Assembly (NCBI RefSeq): GCF_006345805.1
Contig: NC_043001.1
Location: forward strand, 18,910,001-18,974,000
Origin: Octopus sinensis
Lineage: Eukaryota
Direction: 5' to 3'
Length of the DNA: 64,000 nucleotides
The notes under the pieces are model-generated. The model was not told where the DNA came from and did not search any database. It worked only from the letters and a program-made list of their open reading frames with translations. Made by a program: the position numbers and the translations under genes. Shown piece by piece: positions 11,738-24,826 of this stretch; position 1 is the first letter of the stretch; each line of letters begins with the position of its first letter.

Positions 11738-11919
11738 ATTAGGGCTTAGTAAAATAAATTACTTTGCCACATACTGAACTAAGTAGAAATAGCAGCCAAA
11801 AAAAATTTTTTTAGCTATTTCTACTACTTAAAGAAAATTTCTCTCAGATAATGTTTATTCCAGACAGCTCACGGAGGTTTGGAGGTAAATACAGAAAAAT
11901 ATCACAAGTACATAGATCG

Positions 11920-11982
11920 TTTGAGTACGTCAACGTTTCAAGATTACCCAAATAAAATCAGCATTTCTTTCGTCAGCTCAAA
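11920..11982 (-). ncRNA. Type I hammerhead ribozyme (inverted-arm copy)
   Basis: Reverse complement of the 12069-12131 motif, with one difference in loop II. Confidence 0.8.
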
Positions 11983-12068
11983 ATTTCTTAATTTGGAATT
12001 GGAAGCGACAAGTTCGTTGATAGGTAAAGTTCCTTCTTTTTAGTGTTTCCAAATCCAAATTAAGAAAT

Positions 12069-12131
12069 TTTGAGCTGACGAAAGAAATGCTGATTTTATT
12101 TGGCTAATCTTGAAACGTTGACGTACTCAAA
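12069..12131 (+). ncRNA. Type I hammerhead ribozyme with canonical core
   Basis: TTTGAG-CTGACGA-AAGA..TCTT-GAAA-CGT(TG)ACG-TA-CTCAAA; all core nucleotides present; predicted cleavage 3' of 12125. Confidence 0.85.
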
Positions 12132-12410
12132 CGATCTATGTACTTGTGATATTTTTCTGTATTTACCTCCAAACCTCCGTGAGCTGTCTGGAGTAAACAT
12201 TATCTGAGAGAAATTTTCTTTAAGTAGTAGAAATAGCTAAAAAAATTTTTTTGGCTGCTATTTCTACTTAGTTCAGTATGTGGCAAAGTAATTTATTTTA
12301 CTAAGCCCTAATTATATAATGTAATATTTTGAATTCGCCTTAAATGGTCCTTTTACATACTGAACACTTGGTGAAATTGATTAATTAATTAATTCTACCC
12401 TCAATTGTTG

Positions 12411-12455
<45 letters not shown>

Positions 12456-12618
12456 ACGAAGGGAAGTCAAACATTATCCTCACTTTTGCCATAACGTATA
12501 TTTATTATTGTCACACTGCCTTCTGCGCACGCGTGCTTATAGTTGGTACTATTGTGGTTACATAATCGACGTTTCAGCCTGATCGCGCCATTTTTCTTTC
12601 TGGCTTTACAGTGTAAGC

Positions 12619-13691
12619 ATGGTCGCTTCACTAGCAATGTACACCAGAGAACAAAGAGCAGTGATCCGATTTCTCTGGTCGGAAGGTGTGACAAGCGCTG
12701 AAATTCATTGGAGGCTTTGAGGATAATACGGGGACAGTGTACAACTGCGTAGAAGTGTGTATAAGTGGATCGAGAAGTTTAAAACTGGCTGGACAAACGT
12801 AACGTATAAAGAGAGAGCAGGATGATCCTCAACCTCCACAACTGGCGAGAAGATTCAGCGAGCTTCAGAGATCATAATGGTGAACCGGTGAGTTATCATC
12901 AACGAGGTAACTAGTTTTCTGCAGATTAGTTATGGTTCTGCCTATCAAATTATCCATGGTGAGCTCTGCTTCTATAAAGCCTGTACAAGATGGGTGCCAA
13001 GAGTAGCTTACTGCAGGGCACAAGCGCAAACGTCTTGAGGTCTGCCAGCGTTTACTCAATCGCTACAACAATGAGGGCGAGGAATTTTTGAGCAGAATAG
13101 TCACAGGAGATGAAATGAGGGTCCATCGTTATGAGGCAGAATCCAAAAGACAGAGTACGGAGTGGAAACATCTTGGCTCGCCAGCGACAAAAAAAGTCAA
13201 GACTTAGTCTTCCGCGGTAAAGGTGAGGCTAACCCGTTTTGGGGATTCAAAAATGCCTATACTGGAAGACTGCCTGGAAAAGGTGTGTACAATCAACTGT
13301 GCGGAATACAGTGCTTTGCTTGCCAAAAAAACTGAAGCCAGCAATTTGCAACAAACACCGAAGAATATCGTAGAAGTAAGTTTTGTTGTTGCATGGCAAT
13401 GCAGGTCCACACACGGCTGCCGAGACCATTGAAACCATTAACCAATTGGGTTTTGAGGTACTGAAACATCCTACCTACAGCTCAGATCTCGCCCCTTCCG
13501 ACTACCATATCTTTGGACTGCTCAAAGATGGTTTTCAAGGTCGTCGATTTCCTACGGATGAAGATGTGAAGGAAGCGGTGCATAAATGGTTGCACGACCA
13601 ACTGGAAACCTTCTTCTTGGAGGGAATATGCAAGCTTGTCAACCGCTGGACCAAGTGCATCGAAAAGAAAGGAGACTATATAGAAAAATGA
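12619..13691 (+). pseudogene. Mariner DD34D transposase pseudogene
   Basis: EQRAVIRFL, WVPR, RIVTGDE, LLHGNAGPH, HPTYSSDLAPSDYHIF and C-terminal GDYIEK*; stops and frameshifts. Confidence 0.92.
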
Positions 13692-13710
13692 CATACTTGT
13701 TTATACCCTG

Positions 13711-13935
13711 CTTTTAATCTTTTACTGGTTTCAGTCATTTGACTGTGGCCATGCTGGAGCACCGCTTTTAGTTGAGCAAATCGACCCCAGAACTTATTCT
13801 TTGTAAGCCTAGTACATATTCAATCGCTCTCCTTTGTCGAACCGCTCAGTTACGGGGACGTATACACACCAGCATCAGTTGTCAAGCAATGTTAGGGGGA
13901 CAAACACAAATACACAAATATATACACATACATGC

Positions 13936-14009
<74 letters not shown>

Positions 14010-14176
14010 CATATATATATATACGACGGGTTTCTTTCAGTTACCGTCTACCAAATCCACTCACAAGGCTTTGGTCGGCCCGAGGCTATAGCAGAAGACA
14101 CTTGCCCAAGGTCCCATGCAGTAGGACTGAACCCGGAACCATGTGGTTCGTAAGCAAGCTACTTACCACAAAGCCA
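13711..14176 (-). mobile_element. SINE family B with internal (TA)n/(TG)n tract
   Basis: Matches the other B copies: head TGTGGTAAGTAGCTTGCTT..GGGTTCAGTCC, tail GGTGCTCCAGCATGGCCACAGTCAAATGACTGAAAC. Confidence 0.9.
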
Positions 14177-14379
14177 GATAAGTACATTGAAAAAACAAGA
14201 GTGTGTATAATTTTTTACTCTCCTTCATATATGCATATCCTTATGTATTGCACGTGTATATATGTAAGAATACATTTGTAACGTTACGTATGTATGCATG
14301 CATTTAAGCATATACTTAAGCATGTTACAGGTTAAATACCTGAGACGTTTAACATGCATAACACACGTTTCCATTGTGT

Positions 14380-15100
14380 GTATAAGCTTGTAGCATATTT
14401 CTCAAGTTGTGTTCTTTATGATTTCTTGAAGTTGAAGTTCTCAGGAGTAATACTAAGCTGGTTAGTTACATAACAAAAAGCTTCAATAATCATAGTTATA
14501 ACTCAAAATGCATAGTCTGACTGCAGTGTTTACAGATTTCTCCTTAATTCACCATAGATTTTAGTTTCGCCTACATGTAACTTTATATTACAGTCAAGTG
14601 GACTATTCATTTCTGCTAATGTATATAATTTCTTTTTAAGTCCAAGATAATTTTTTGGTAAGATGTGCATATATTTTATTCAGGATTTTTACAGGAACAT
14701 TACTCTATTATTCTTTTATATAATAGGCGTACAAGTCCTTCGTGACGCTATCCTTTTAAGGCACACCACATCATGCACAGTATCCTGATATAATTTTCAA
14801 ACAGATGCACTTCATGTAGGTAAAATCTTTGATTTTAATTCCCCAGAGTCTTCACTGATTGTCATATCGAAATGTTCCAACTATATCTCTATCCTTTCTG
14901 TATCAGGTATTACGTTTTTCTTGTTCTTGTATTGCAAAAGCAAATATCTCAAATTGTGAACCAATATAACGCATATACGTCCACAACGGACTATTTGGCT
15001 ATCTATCATATATTACTGTCAGCTTGAATACTTCTGACTACATAGTTAATTCATATCTTTATGCTTGAAAGCTTTTCCCCGATGCTTTCAGGCAATAAAG
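14380..15100 (-). mobile_element. Old degenerate RLE-type LINE fragment
   Basis: Residual motifs EIFAFAIQEQE, DNQ.RL.G, HDVV, KIYGELRRNL..DYAF.VITMII, homologous to the 11066-11419 ORF. Confidence 0.55.
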
Positions 15101-15145
15101 TATGGAGGTAGAAAGAGAGGAGTGTTGAAAGAGAAGTTATATAGA

Positions 15146-15345
15146 TAGTTTCGTAGAGATCCGAGTTTAAAGAGATGCTTTGAAGATAGGAGAGCTGTGC
15201 AACCCCCCTCGGTTTGCATACCTAGATATTTTTTACGGTGACTAGTTTCGTAGAGATCCGAGTTTAAAGAGAGGCTTTGAAGATAGGAGAGCTGTGCAAC
15301 CCCCCCTCGGTTTGCATACCTAGATATTTTTTACGGTGACTAGTC
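15146..15345. repeat. 97-bp tandem duplication
   Basis: TAGTTTCGTAGAGATCCGAG at 15146 and 15243. Confidence 0.9.
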
Positions 15346-15760
15346 TCCGAGGAGCTCTGTTCCAAGCTATCATAGTGGTATTAGCCTTGTTAATAAAGGC
15401 TTGTTCTGTGGAGTCACTGCAAAGCTTGGTGAGTGGTAGTTGCTGTGGAAGGAATTTGATGCATCATACAAACGGTGTTTGAATCAATGTTAAACCTGCA
15501 GATGAATAACATTGTTGATATGGAAATTTTTTTTTCCTTTGCAGTCACCGGCTTCCGGGTTTTGACATTCTCTGTTTCAAATATCGTCTGGTGTTCATTA
15601 GAGTAGCTCGAATGTTGATATTAGTACTGGTACGGTAAACACATTGTGGGACACTGATGATTGATTGTATAACGAGAACGCCGACGAACAATTTCACTTT
15701 CATCCGGTTGAAACAAGTCATTACTTAGTGTATGAATATCTTCTGAAACGTATGACTGAA

Positions 15761-15838
<78 letters not shown>

Positions 15839-15846
15839 ATCTATCT

Positions 15847-15885
<39 letters not shown>

Positions 15886-15945
15886 GTCTGTCTATCTATC
15901 TATCTATCTATCTATCATCTATCTATCTATCTATCTATCTCTCTG

Positions 15946-16013
<68 letters not shown>

Positions 16014-16017
16014 CCTA

Positions 16018-16048
<31 letters not shown>
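15761..16048. repeat. (TATC)n-(TA)n compound microsatellite
   Basis: Direct repeat. Confidence 0.97.
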
Positions 16049-16051
<3 letters not shown>

Positions 16052-16128
16052 GGTAGGAAAAATTTTAGAAATGTTTACTACCAGTGGCCTAGCATGTAGA
16101 AAAATTAGTCAATAGACTATATATTATT

Positions 16129-16448
16129 CATATAAAATGCAGTGTACATTTAAACACATAATAGATGGCCATAATAGGACATCAAACACGCTAGAAGGAG
16201 TAGTCAAAACCCAAACCGCTATTAGGGGTAATTTCAAAGAGAATTAGACATAAGAACTTCGCCTGGCAAATTACTTTATTTGGTAAATAGAGTTTGAAAT
16301 CATGGTCCAGGAGAAAGATGGGAAATGTTTCTATTTTTCATTCCCTTCGAAATTACACCTAATAGTGGTTTGGATTTTGACTACTCCTTCTAGCGTGTTA
16401 GGTGTCCTATTATGGCCATCTCTTATACGTTTAAATGTACACTGCATT

Positions 16449-16454
<6 letters not shown>
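16129..16454 (+). mobile_element. Fold-back element with ~110-bp inverted arms, probably Penelope-like
   Basis: 16129-16239 versus 16345-16454; 16301-16454 is homologous to the minus strand of 47480-47650. Confidence 0.65.
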
Positions 16455-16520
<66 letters not shown>

Positions 16521-17512
16521 TATGTATGTCAGTATGTACGTATATATATGCACATATATGTTGCCGGTTCAAATATACTTGAGGTATATTCGAACCAGTG
16601 AGAAGGCCATCCACTGTATTTTGTCACGGAGAAAAGTTCTCGATGGCAACAAATTTGAATTTTATCCATGACAGTGAACAGCTTCCTCACGGGTTCGAAT
16701 ATGCTCTCAGGCATGTTTGAACAGGTAATATGTTTGCATTTAACCACACCACTGCTTAGAACTGTCACTCTGTACTAATACACTATATGTAAAAAATAAA
16801 AGTTACGTGTATGAGTGTGTGAATGTGTGTGTGTGTGTGTGTGTGTGTATAGAGACGGATAAATAAACATATGTACTGCATAGAGTAAATATGTGTGCAC
16901 GTGTGTGTGTGTGTTTTTATATAAGCATATAGAATTAGAGACAGGGAGAGAGATGGATAGAAAGAGCAAGTTTGACAATCGTAAGAGTAATGCGTGTTAC
17001 TGACACAGAGAACTGCTAACATTTGAATAATCAATATATTTATCAATCCTGGTCCTGTATCGTCGGAACAAAGACAAAAGGAAAAGACATTATTAAGTAT
17101 GTAACACTAGAAATATACATGGCTACCTTGATATAAAAAAACCTGTCTCGACCCTGGGACGGTTAATTTATATAATACAAAGATGCGAGTTAATTATTCA
17201 ATAAGGTATATACATATATATATATATTAAGGCATGTATTGTTATGTATGTAACTATGAATATATGTGTTGCATATTTGAAGGTATGTATATATGTATAG
17301 GTATGCATGTGTGTGTGTATATACGTATATTGATGAAATAAGTAGCATGCGTTCACATAATACACACACCCCCACACACACATTCTCTCTCTCAAACACA
17401 CACACACACACACACACACACATCGCAGGTTAGCAGTGAACTCTGAGATTCCTCCTTGGTTGTACATATCCGTTGAGAAAAAACGCATAATTTTCAATTC
17501 CTGAATTATATA

Positions 17513-18398
17513 TTGGGTCATCCCATAAATAATGCGGTTTTTACAATTGCATGAACTAAAAGTCGAAGAGGTACGGGATAAACTACCTGCATCAACTAGC
17601 TATAAAAGCAGGTATAATTTTTACCTTGTCATTCTTAGTGCAAGTTTTGAAGAGTGCAGTTCGGTTTTAACAGTTATTTTTTCAAAGCTATAATAGAAGT
17701 GACAAAGGAGAATATTCGGCATATTTTGTTTTATGACTTCAATAAAGGCAACAACACAACGGAAAGTGCGTGGAATATTAATGCAGTATATGGGGATCGG
17801 GCAATGAGCGTATCCAAGTGTCAAGAGTGGTTCCAGAAATTCCGAGCCGGAAACTACACGCTAGAAGTCGAGCCTCGTTCTGGAAAATCTGTTGCGCTCG
17901 ACGAGGACGTCCTGAAAACTGGTGGAGCAAAATCCCATCGTAACTGTTGAGGAACTAGCAGAGAAGCTTAGATTTGGCCATTCAAATATTCATCGATATA
18001 TTTACTAGAAGAAAAACGAACATCTTTGATTTCAAGACGAAAGATGTTCTTCTTTCAGGATAATTTTCGGCCACATACAGTGAGGATGACATTCTAAAGG
18101 CTGGAGCAGTTTGTTTGGAAAACGATTCTCCACCCACCATATTCGCCGGACATTGCCCATCTGATTATCACTTATTCCGTCCAAATTAGTTGAACGGAAA
18201 AATATGAATTTTGCAGACGAGGTCAGGACAGTACTGGAGGAGTACTTTTCGTCACGGACAACTGAATTTTAGAAGAGGGGCATTGCAAGTCTACTTGATA
18301 GATGGAGGAGAGTATATTTTAGATTAAAAAAGTACTTTATGTTAATTTTGTAAAATAAAAGAAGAGTAAAAAACCGCATTATTTATAGGGTGAGCCAT
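17513..18398 (+). mobile_element. Internally deleted mariner element with both TIRs
   Basis: TIRs TTGGGTCATCCCATAAATAATGCGGTTTT and its degenerate complement, TA flanks; IRHILFYDF..CQEWFQKFRAG, QDNFRPH, HPPYSPDI; first catalytic D region deleted. Confidence 0.88.
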
Positions 18399-18607
18399 AT
18401 ATACACATATATGTGGAGGCGCGTGACTTAGTGGTTCGCGTGATGGACTTATGATCGTAAGATTGTGGTTTCCTTTCCTGGAAAACACTTCGTTTCACTT
18501 TGCTCCAGTCCACCCAGCTGGTTAAGATGATTATTTCTGCGACTCAGAAAACGGAAAATCAGCTTTATATGATTCAGGAAGGAGCTTTATCCATTTGTGT
18601 GTATATG

Positions 18608-18655
<48 letters not shown>

Positions 18656-19024
18656 CATACATACATGCATACATACATGCGTACATACATACATGCATAC
18701 ATACAAACAAGTGAAGAGACGGTAGTAAGTATCTCTCAGCACATTTAGCAGGAATAAGTACATTTAATAACAGCTTGAGTCATTAATTAAAGTTTGGTGG
18801 GCGAATGCCGTTCGAAGATAAAGTGGTGAAAATTTTAAGAATTTCGTCGGTCAGTTCAAATCGCATCGTGGTTTATGTTATCAAAGCGACATCAGATTAT
18901 TTCGTTGTTTTTTGTGGGGTATTTTCCATAATATTCGGCCCATGTGTGAGGTACAAAAATTTTGGAGCCACTTTTTCGGCTGTGTGTAGAATGGTACATT
19001 TGGGGGCGTTAGTTTCTTGCATGG

Positions 19025-19472
19025 GATATAACCCGTGATGCTTGTGTGGCATGGTGCAGAGTCCAGTTGTTAGACATAGAGTCTTCCAGCAGCCACCTCT
19101 CGATCCAGCGCAGCACTACCTCTTCCAGGCACTTGATATCGGCCTCCGTGTTGAGTCTGAGGCCGTGTGGGAAGATGAATGTGATCACTTAAAACACCAT
19201 GAAGCTGACTGGATGTTTGATTTTTATCACTCTAGGTAACGTCCTCAGATTAACACCCAGATACACTGAAGTGTATGTATTGGAGCTTCCAGTGCGAATA
19301 CCAAGCAGTACATGTCGTTTCCAAATTTCTGGCAGAGTGAGTTGCATCATAATGCTGCTTTTCTCACAGACGGTGCTCAACTGACCCTACTATACCGTGT
19401 AGTCGACAAATCAAAAACAGGCAATGCGCATGCACGAAATATAAATATAAAATGGTGATAGTTTATCCATCG
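19025..19472 (-). mobile_element. Internally deleted maT/DD37D-like transposon fragment
   Basis: N-terminus PEIWKRHVLLGIRTG..GVNLRT fused to KIKHPVSFMVF, FIFPHGLRLNTEA and a QQDSAPCHT-like motif. Confidence 0.7.
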
Positions 19473-19473
19473 C

Positions 19474-20012
<539 letters not shown>

Positions 20013-20491
20013 TACACATAAACACATACACACGCACACACATATATTCACACGCATGTATATGTGTATGTGTGTCTGTATGTCTATGCAAGCACAAGCT
20101 CTAATACTGTTATACTTCCCGCAAATAACATTAAAATCGAATGAGATTAGAGTATATATCACTGTCAAAAAAAAGAAGACATTTTATTTACTTCACGTGG
20201 GTGATGTCCACGTGATATTTGCTTCAATCACGTGCTATGCTATCGTCTGATCAGTGAAGTTCTCAGTCCTAGCAGTATATCAGCGCGTCTGTGTTTTTCT
20301 ACCCGCCTCTCTTTATCTGTAATAATTATTTTTCTTCCCCCTTTCTCTCTATTAATCTTTCTTTCTGAAAACACACTTGTTTGAGTATGTGTGAACACAT
20401 CTGTCTAGTTATCTTAGTGTGTGTGTGTTTAAGTATGTATATATGCACACACACACACACACACACACAGATATATATATATATTATATAT

Positions 20492-20734
20492 GTCGAGGCA
20501 CATGGCCTAGTGGTTAGAGCAGCGGACTCGCGGTCGAGGGATCGCGCGTTCGAATCTCAGACCGGGCGATGTGTGTGTTTATGAGCGAAACACCTAAGCT
20601 CCACGCCTTTCGCAGCAACTTTCTCTCACTCTTTCCTCCTGCATCTTGAAGCTCACCTGCGACGGACCGGCGTCCCGTCCAGGTGGGGAACTGGCTCTAT
20701 GAACCAAGCGTCGCTCGAGAATGAACAAACAACA
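20492..20734 (+). mobile_element. SINE family C, tail type T4
   Basis: tRNA-like head TGGCCTAGTGGTTAGAGC..GTTCGAATC; core CTTTCTCTCACTCTTTCCTCCTG; (AAAC) tail. Confidence 0.85.
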
Positions 20735-20814
20735 ATATATATATATGTATATATGTGTGTGTGTGTGTGTGTTTAAGTATGTATGTGTGTTTATATATAT
20801 ATAATGCATACATG

Positions 20815-21660
20815 CAGGGTGTTCGGACGATATTTTTGTCTCTTTGTTTTGTGAACAGCTTGATGCATACGTGAACAGTAAACGCCGTTTGAGAGTATAA
20901 AGATTAATGTTGTAGTTGACAAAAAGTTAGCTAATATGGAAGACTGGAAGTCATCCGAATATTGGAAAAGACTTACCTGCATCATCATGGTTCGCGCCAG
21001 CAATCAAAATGCCAACATCACGACTGCTGCTCAATGCTCTGTGAACATGTTAAAACCGCAAGGCGTGACACGGACAGCAGCGGCAAAGACTATGTAGCCA
21101 TCAGACGTTCTTACTGCGTCCGTACGCCGGGATTCATACCCATATATTTGAACAGGGGCCTCGGGCACAATTCAGACGTCCATATGAAATTACTGGAGAG
21201 TGTTGTCAATCCCTAGCCGTAAAGGATTGCTACTGGAAAGCAACATGTGTAGCAGTAGGATTTGGTTCCTTGCTATACCTCCGTAAAGAGTCAGAAGTGC
21301 TGTCGGAGATTCTATACGACTTCACCAGCCCCAATTTCTAGCTCCCTGATTCCCCTAATTTTAATCTCATGGATTACTATGTGTGGAGCGCGGTTGAAAA
21401 AGACACCAAACTCTCTGCCTGCAACACCAAGGCCGAGCTGGTGGCCAAGATCAAAGAGGAACGCGTGCGCCGCGCCAAGTACCAGAGCCGTCTTCAGACC
21501 ACGGTAGAATCTGAGGACAGGTGCTTCGAGTAAACTGTTATCTCCCAGCCTTATTAAGTTGATATTCTTTTGCTTTTTTAAAACATACTTTATTTATGGA
21601 TGAAATATTATGATTCGTTTTCCTTTTTTGCAAACGATCAAATGTAACCCAGATGCCCGA
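20815..21660 (+). mobile_element. Internally deleted maT/DD37D-like transposon
   Basis: Starts CAGGGTGTTC; MEDWKSSEYWKR N-terminus; SPNF.LMDYYVW..VEK..N..CNTKAELVAKIKE C-terminal block; right TIR weak. Confidence 0.7.
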
Positions 21661-22199
21661 TAACTTAGATTGGTTTCGACCATTATGGACCCAGGCACCA
21701 GCTGGAAAAGTCATTTAGTTAATTATATCTGTCTATGATTTTGAGAATGTGAACTACAAAGGTGTAATATCTGTGTTTGAATTGTTGTTATAGCTTATTT
21801 AGTAATGGCAAGCATTCTCTTCGTTTAGCTGTTAAATCATCGATGTCATATACATTATATATTCATACTTATACATATTTACATATATTTTTATACATAT
21901 TTATATTTATTTATCTATATATTTTTAACCCAACAATTTTTAATACAACAATTATTTTTCACACGTGTATATCTTTCTGAGGAGTTTTCTGATATTGATT
22001 TCCTAATATTAATAATAATATATTATCCAAAAATATATATGTATACCATCATACTCTGCATCTAAGAGTTTTGACAAAAATTCTTCTTGGTTCTATTTGA
22101 TCTATAAACAGTGAAATTTTTGCCTCTGCAGAATAATTCCAGAATAATAATGAAAAACTAGATTTCTTGGTGCAATTTTGTTTAGTAATTATTATGTTG

Positions 22200-23540
22200 C
22201 TACATTTTTAGCCAAAATTTGCTTTCCAAACGATTTGTTTGGTTGTTCTTGTTTTCTATTTGGATTTAAAAATTATTTTAATTTGTTAAGCGACTTAGTG
22301 CTATGTAGATTTTACTCGTGAGAAAATAAGGGAAGAATCATGTATACTCCATCATGCAGAAAATGACAGACGCTGGTCATTTCAAATGCTGAAATAGCAG
22401 AAATTTAACGTCCATTACCCTTTCAAATATGTCAACGATAACACCTTGATCTGGTATTAATTTTCTTGACTGTTGCTCAGTTGACTTTCATTTGCCAGCA
22501 CACAGCACACTATTTTCAACATCCAAATGATATCTATTAAATTCTTCTTACACTGTGATCCTCAAGATTAGCAATTTTACATTTTAAAATATAGAGATGA
22601 ATATCACAAGGTGTTAAATTAATCTTGGAATGAATAGATCTTTTCATCTGTTACTATCAGCCCGCATTTCTCCATGAAGATAAAGATCACAAAGAGGTTA
22701 TAGCAAACGGTATCGTTCCCTGAGTCGATCTCAGATCATGATTGCGTAATATAATAATTGTACTATTCTTCAGTTTCAAGATTTGTGGCAGTATTCAAAA
22801 TGAAGTCACTTAACTGGATAATCTTCATCTGTCTTCATCTTATGTCTTCATCTGTGACATCAATGCTATCAACACTTTCATAAGTGATTATTTCCAAACA
22901 GCAAATCAAGAATGTCATTCCTCATATCAAAACATTTACTGTTTTGGGGGTTCATATTATCATTACTGATATAATTTCAATTATGCTTTTTTTCTTTATC
23001 TGAAATGTCTATTACCTCTTCAAATACGTGGTTGATGATATGCACTTGATTTGGTATTAGTTCAAGAGATGTCTCTAATGGATTTTCACTCGGTCCACAT
23101 TTATTTGTCAGTGCAACATCAAGTAGCCATCAATCCACTTCTTTTTGCCCGTGATCCTCACACTTCCTAGCAGGCTTAGCAATTTTCTATCAGATCAAAG
23201 CTGAGATGATTTAATAGAATTTTCAATAAAAGCGATATTGGAATTTCTTTGTGTCGAAAACCTACTCTTAACAGGAGAATTTCACCACCGAAGGCTATAC
23301 TGCAACATGTAAGGAGATCGATTGGAAGATGCGTTAGATCGTCCGATATAATGCGTTGCAACAATATTCAATATGGCAGTTTGCACCGTTAATTCAAATC
23401 ACAACAGTGCCATGTGTGTTTTAAATCATTTCTGGGTTGATAAACAATGTAAGATCCCAGTGCTGATGTAGTAGTCTTTCCCTCTATATCTAGCAGTACC
23501 GCGCAAGTACAGTCACCAGCGACATCGAGATGCATCTCCA
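22200..23540 (-). pseudogene. Fossil Helitron PIF1-like helicase domain
   Basis: Colinear motifs across frameshifts: AFGG (23284-92), Y.SVDS, DYPV, PQILKLKNSTIIILRN, FIPRINLTP, FSH..YIALSR, TKQIVW. Confidence 0.8.
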
Positions 23541-23600
23541 TGAAAATATGGCATCAACATTTTGCTGATACACATCAATCTAGTTGCAAAGACGTCGAGA

Positions 23601-24191
23601 GAAAAATACACCCAGCACCGTTTCATTTTACGGGAGAAAAAATACCACCCGGCACCGTTTCATTTTATGGGAGAAAAAATACCACCCAGCACCGTTTCAT
23701 TTTACGGGAGAAAAAATACCACCCGGTACCGTTTCATTTTACGGTAGAAAAAATACCACCCAGCACCGTTTCATTTTATGGGAGAAAAAATACCACCCAG
23801 CACCGTTTCATTTTACGGGAGAAAAAATACCACCCGGTACCGTTTCATTTTTCGGGAGAAAAAATACCACCCAGCACCGTTTCATTTTACGGGAGAAAAA
23901 ATACCACCCGGCACTGTTTCATTTTATGGGAGAAAAAATACCACCCAGCACCGTTTCATTTTACGGGAGAAAAAATACCACCCGGTACCGTTTCATTTTA
24001 CGGGAGAAAAAATACCACCCAGCACCGTTTCATTTTATGGGAGAAAAAATACCACCCGGTACCGTTTCATTTTACGGGAGAAAAAATACCACCAAGCACC
24101 GTTTCATTTTACGGGAGAAAAAATACCACCCGGTACCGTTTCATTTTACGGGAGAAAAAATACCACCTACCACCGTTTCATTTTACGGGAG
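23601..24191. repeat. 37-bp minisatellite, 16 units
   Basis: Unit GAAAAAATACCACCCRGYACCGTTTCATTTTAYGGGA; anchors from 23616 to 24171 span 15 x 37 bp; no spacers. Confidence 0.97.
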
Positions 24192-24411
24192 AACAGGCAT
24201 AATATTTAGTATAAGAATGTCTGTTAAGCATTTTGCATGCAATACTCCTTATGTTTGTTGTCTATAATTCTCAAAGTACATCTCAAAATGTACACTTGCA
24301 AGAATCAAGTAATAGCAATACGTTATCATAAACGAGGTGTCGCAAGGCACCACCACAAACACTAAAATCTACGTGGATATTCTGAAGAAACAATTGCCTA
24401 CTCATGTGATC

Positions 24412-24826
24412 ATCTTATTTCTTTACTACCCACAAGGGGCTAAACACAGAGGGGACAAACAAGGACAGACAAACGGATTAAGTCGATTACATCGACCACA
24501 GTGCGTAACTGGTACTTATTTCATCGACCCCGAAAGGATGAAAGGCAAAGTCGGCGGAATTTGAACTCAGAACGTAGCGGCAAACGAAATACCTATTTCT
24601 TTACTACCCACAAGGGACTAAACACAGAGAGGACAAATAAGGACAGACAAACGGATTAAGTCGATTATATCGACCCCAGCGCGTAACTGGTACTTATTTA
24701 ATCGACCCCGAAAGGATGAAAGGCAAAGTCGACCTCGGCGGAATTTGAACTCAGAACGTAGCGGCAGATGAAATACCGCTAAGCATTTCGCCCGGCGTGC
24801 TAACGATTCTGCCAGCTCGCCACCTT
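24412..24826 (-). mobile_element. SINE family A, two units
   Basis: Family match; flanked by TRTGATCATC-like duplication. Confidence 0.9.

Larger units (their letters stand above)
11730..12415 (+). mobile_element. Penelope-like fold-back insertion with ~275-bp inverted arms plus a ~95-bp unique extension
   Basis: 11730-12004 is a near-perfect inverted complement of 12047-12320, 42-bp spacer; lies within (TA)n; a second family member is at 51860-52170. Confidence 0.8.
12457..14227 (+). mobile_element. Mariner transposon, full length but decayed, with SINE B inserted in its 3'UTR
   Basis: Left end TA|CGAAGGGAAGTCAAACATTAT; degenerate right TIR ~14203-14227 followed by TA. Confidence 0.85.

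Noticed and set aside
15400-15760. Weak GIY-YIG or L2-like peptide traces and an AGTCA..GAAACGTA-TGACT half-hammerhead
   Set aside because: Motifs too degenerate; no CUGANGA-like core or stem II
23540-24267. 220-aa and 227-aa repetitive ORFs, and a CRISPR-sized 37-bp repeat
   Set aside because: Units abut with no spacers, there are no cas genes, and the context is eukaryotic; the ORFs arise from frame rotation through a stop-poor unit
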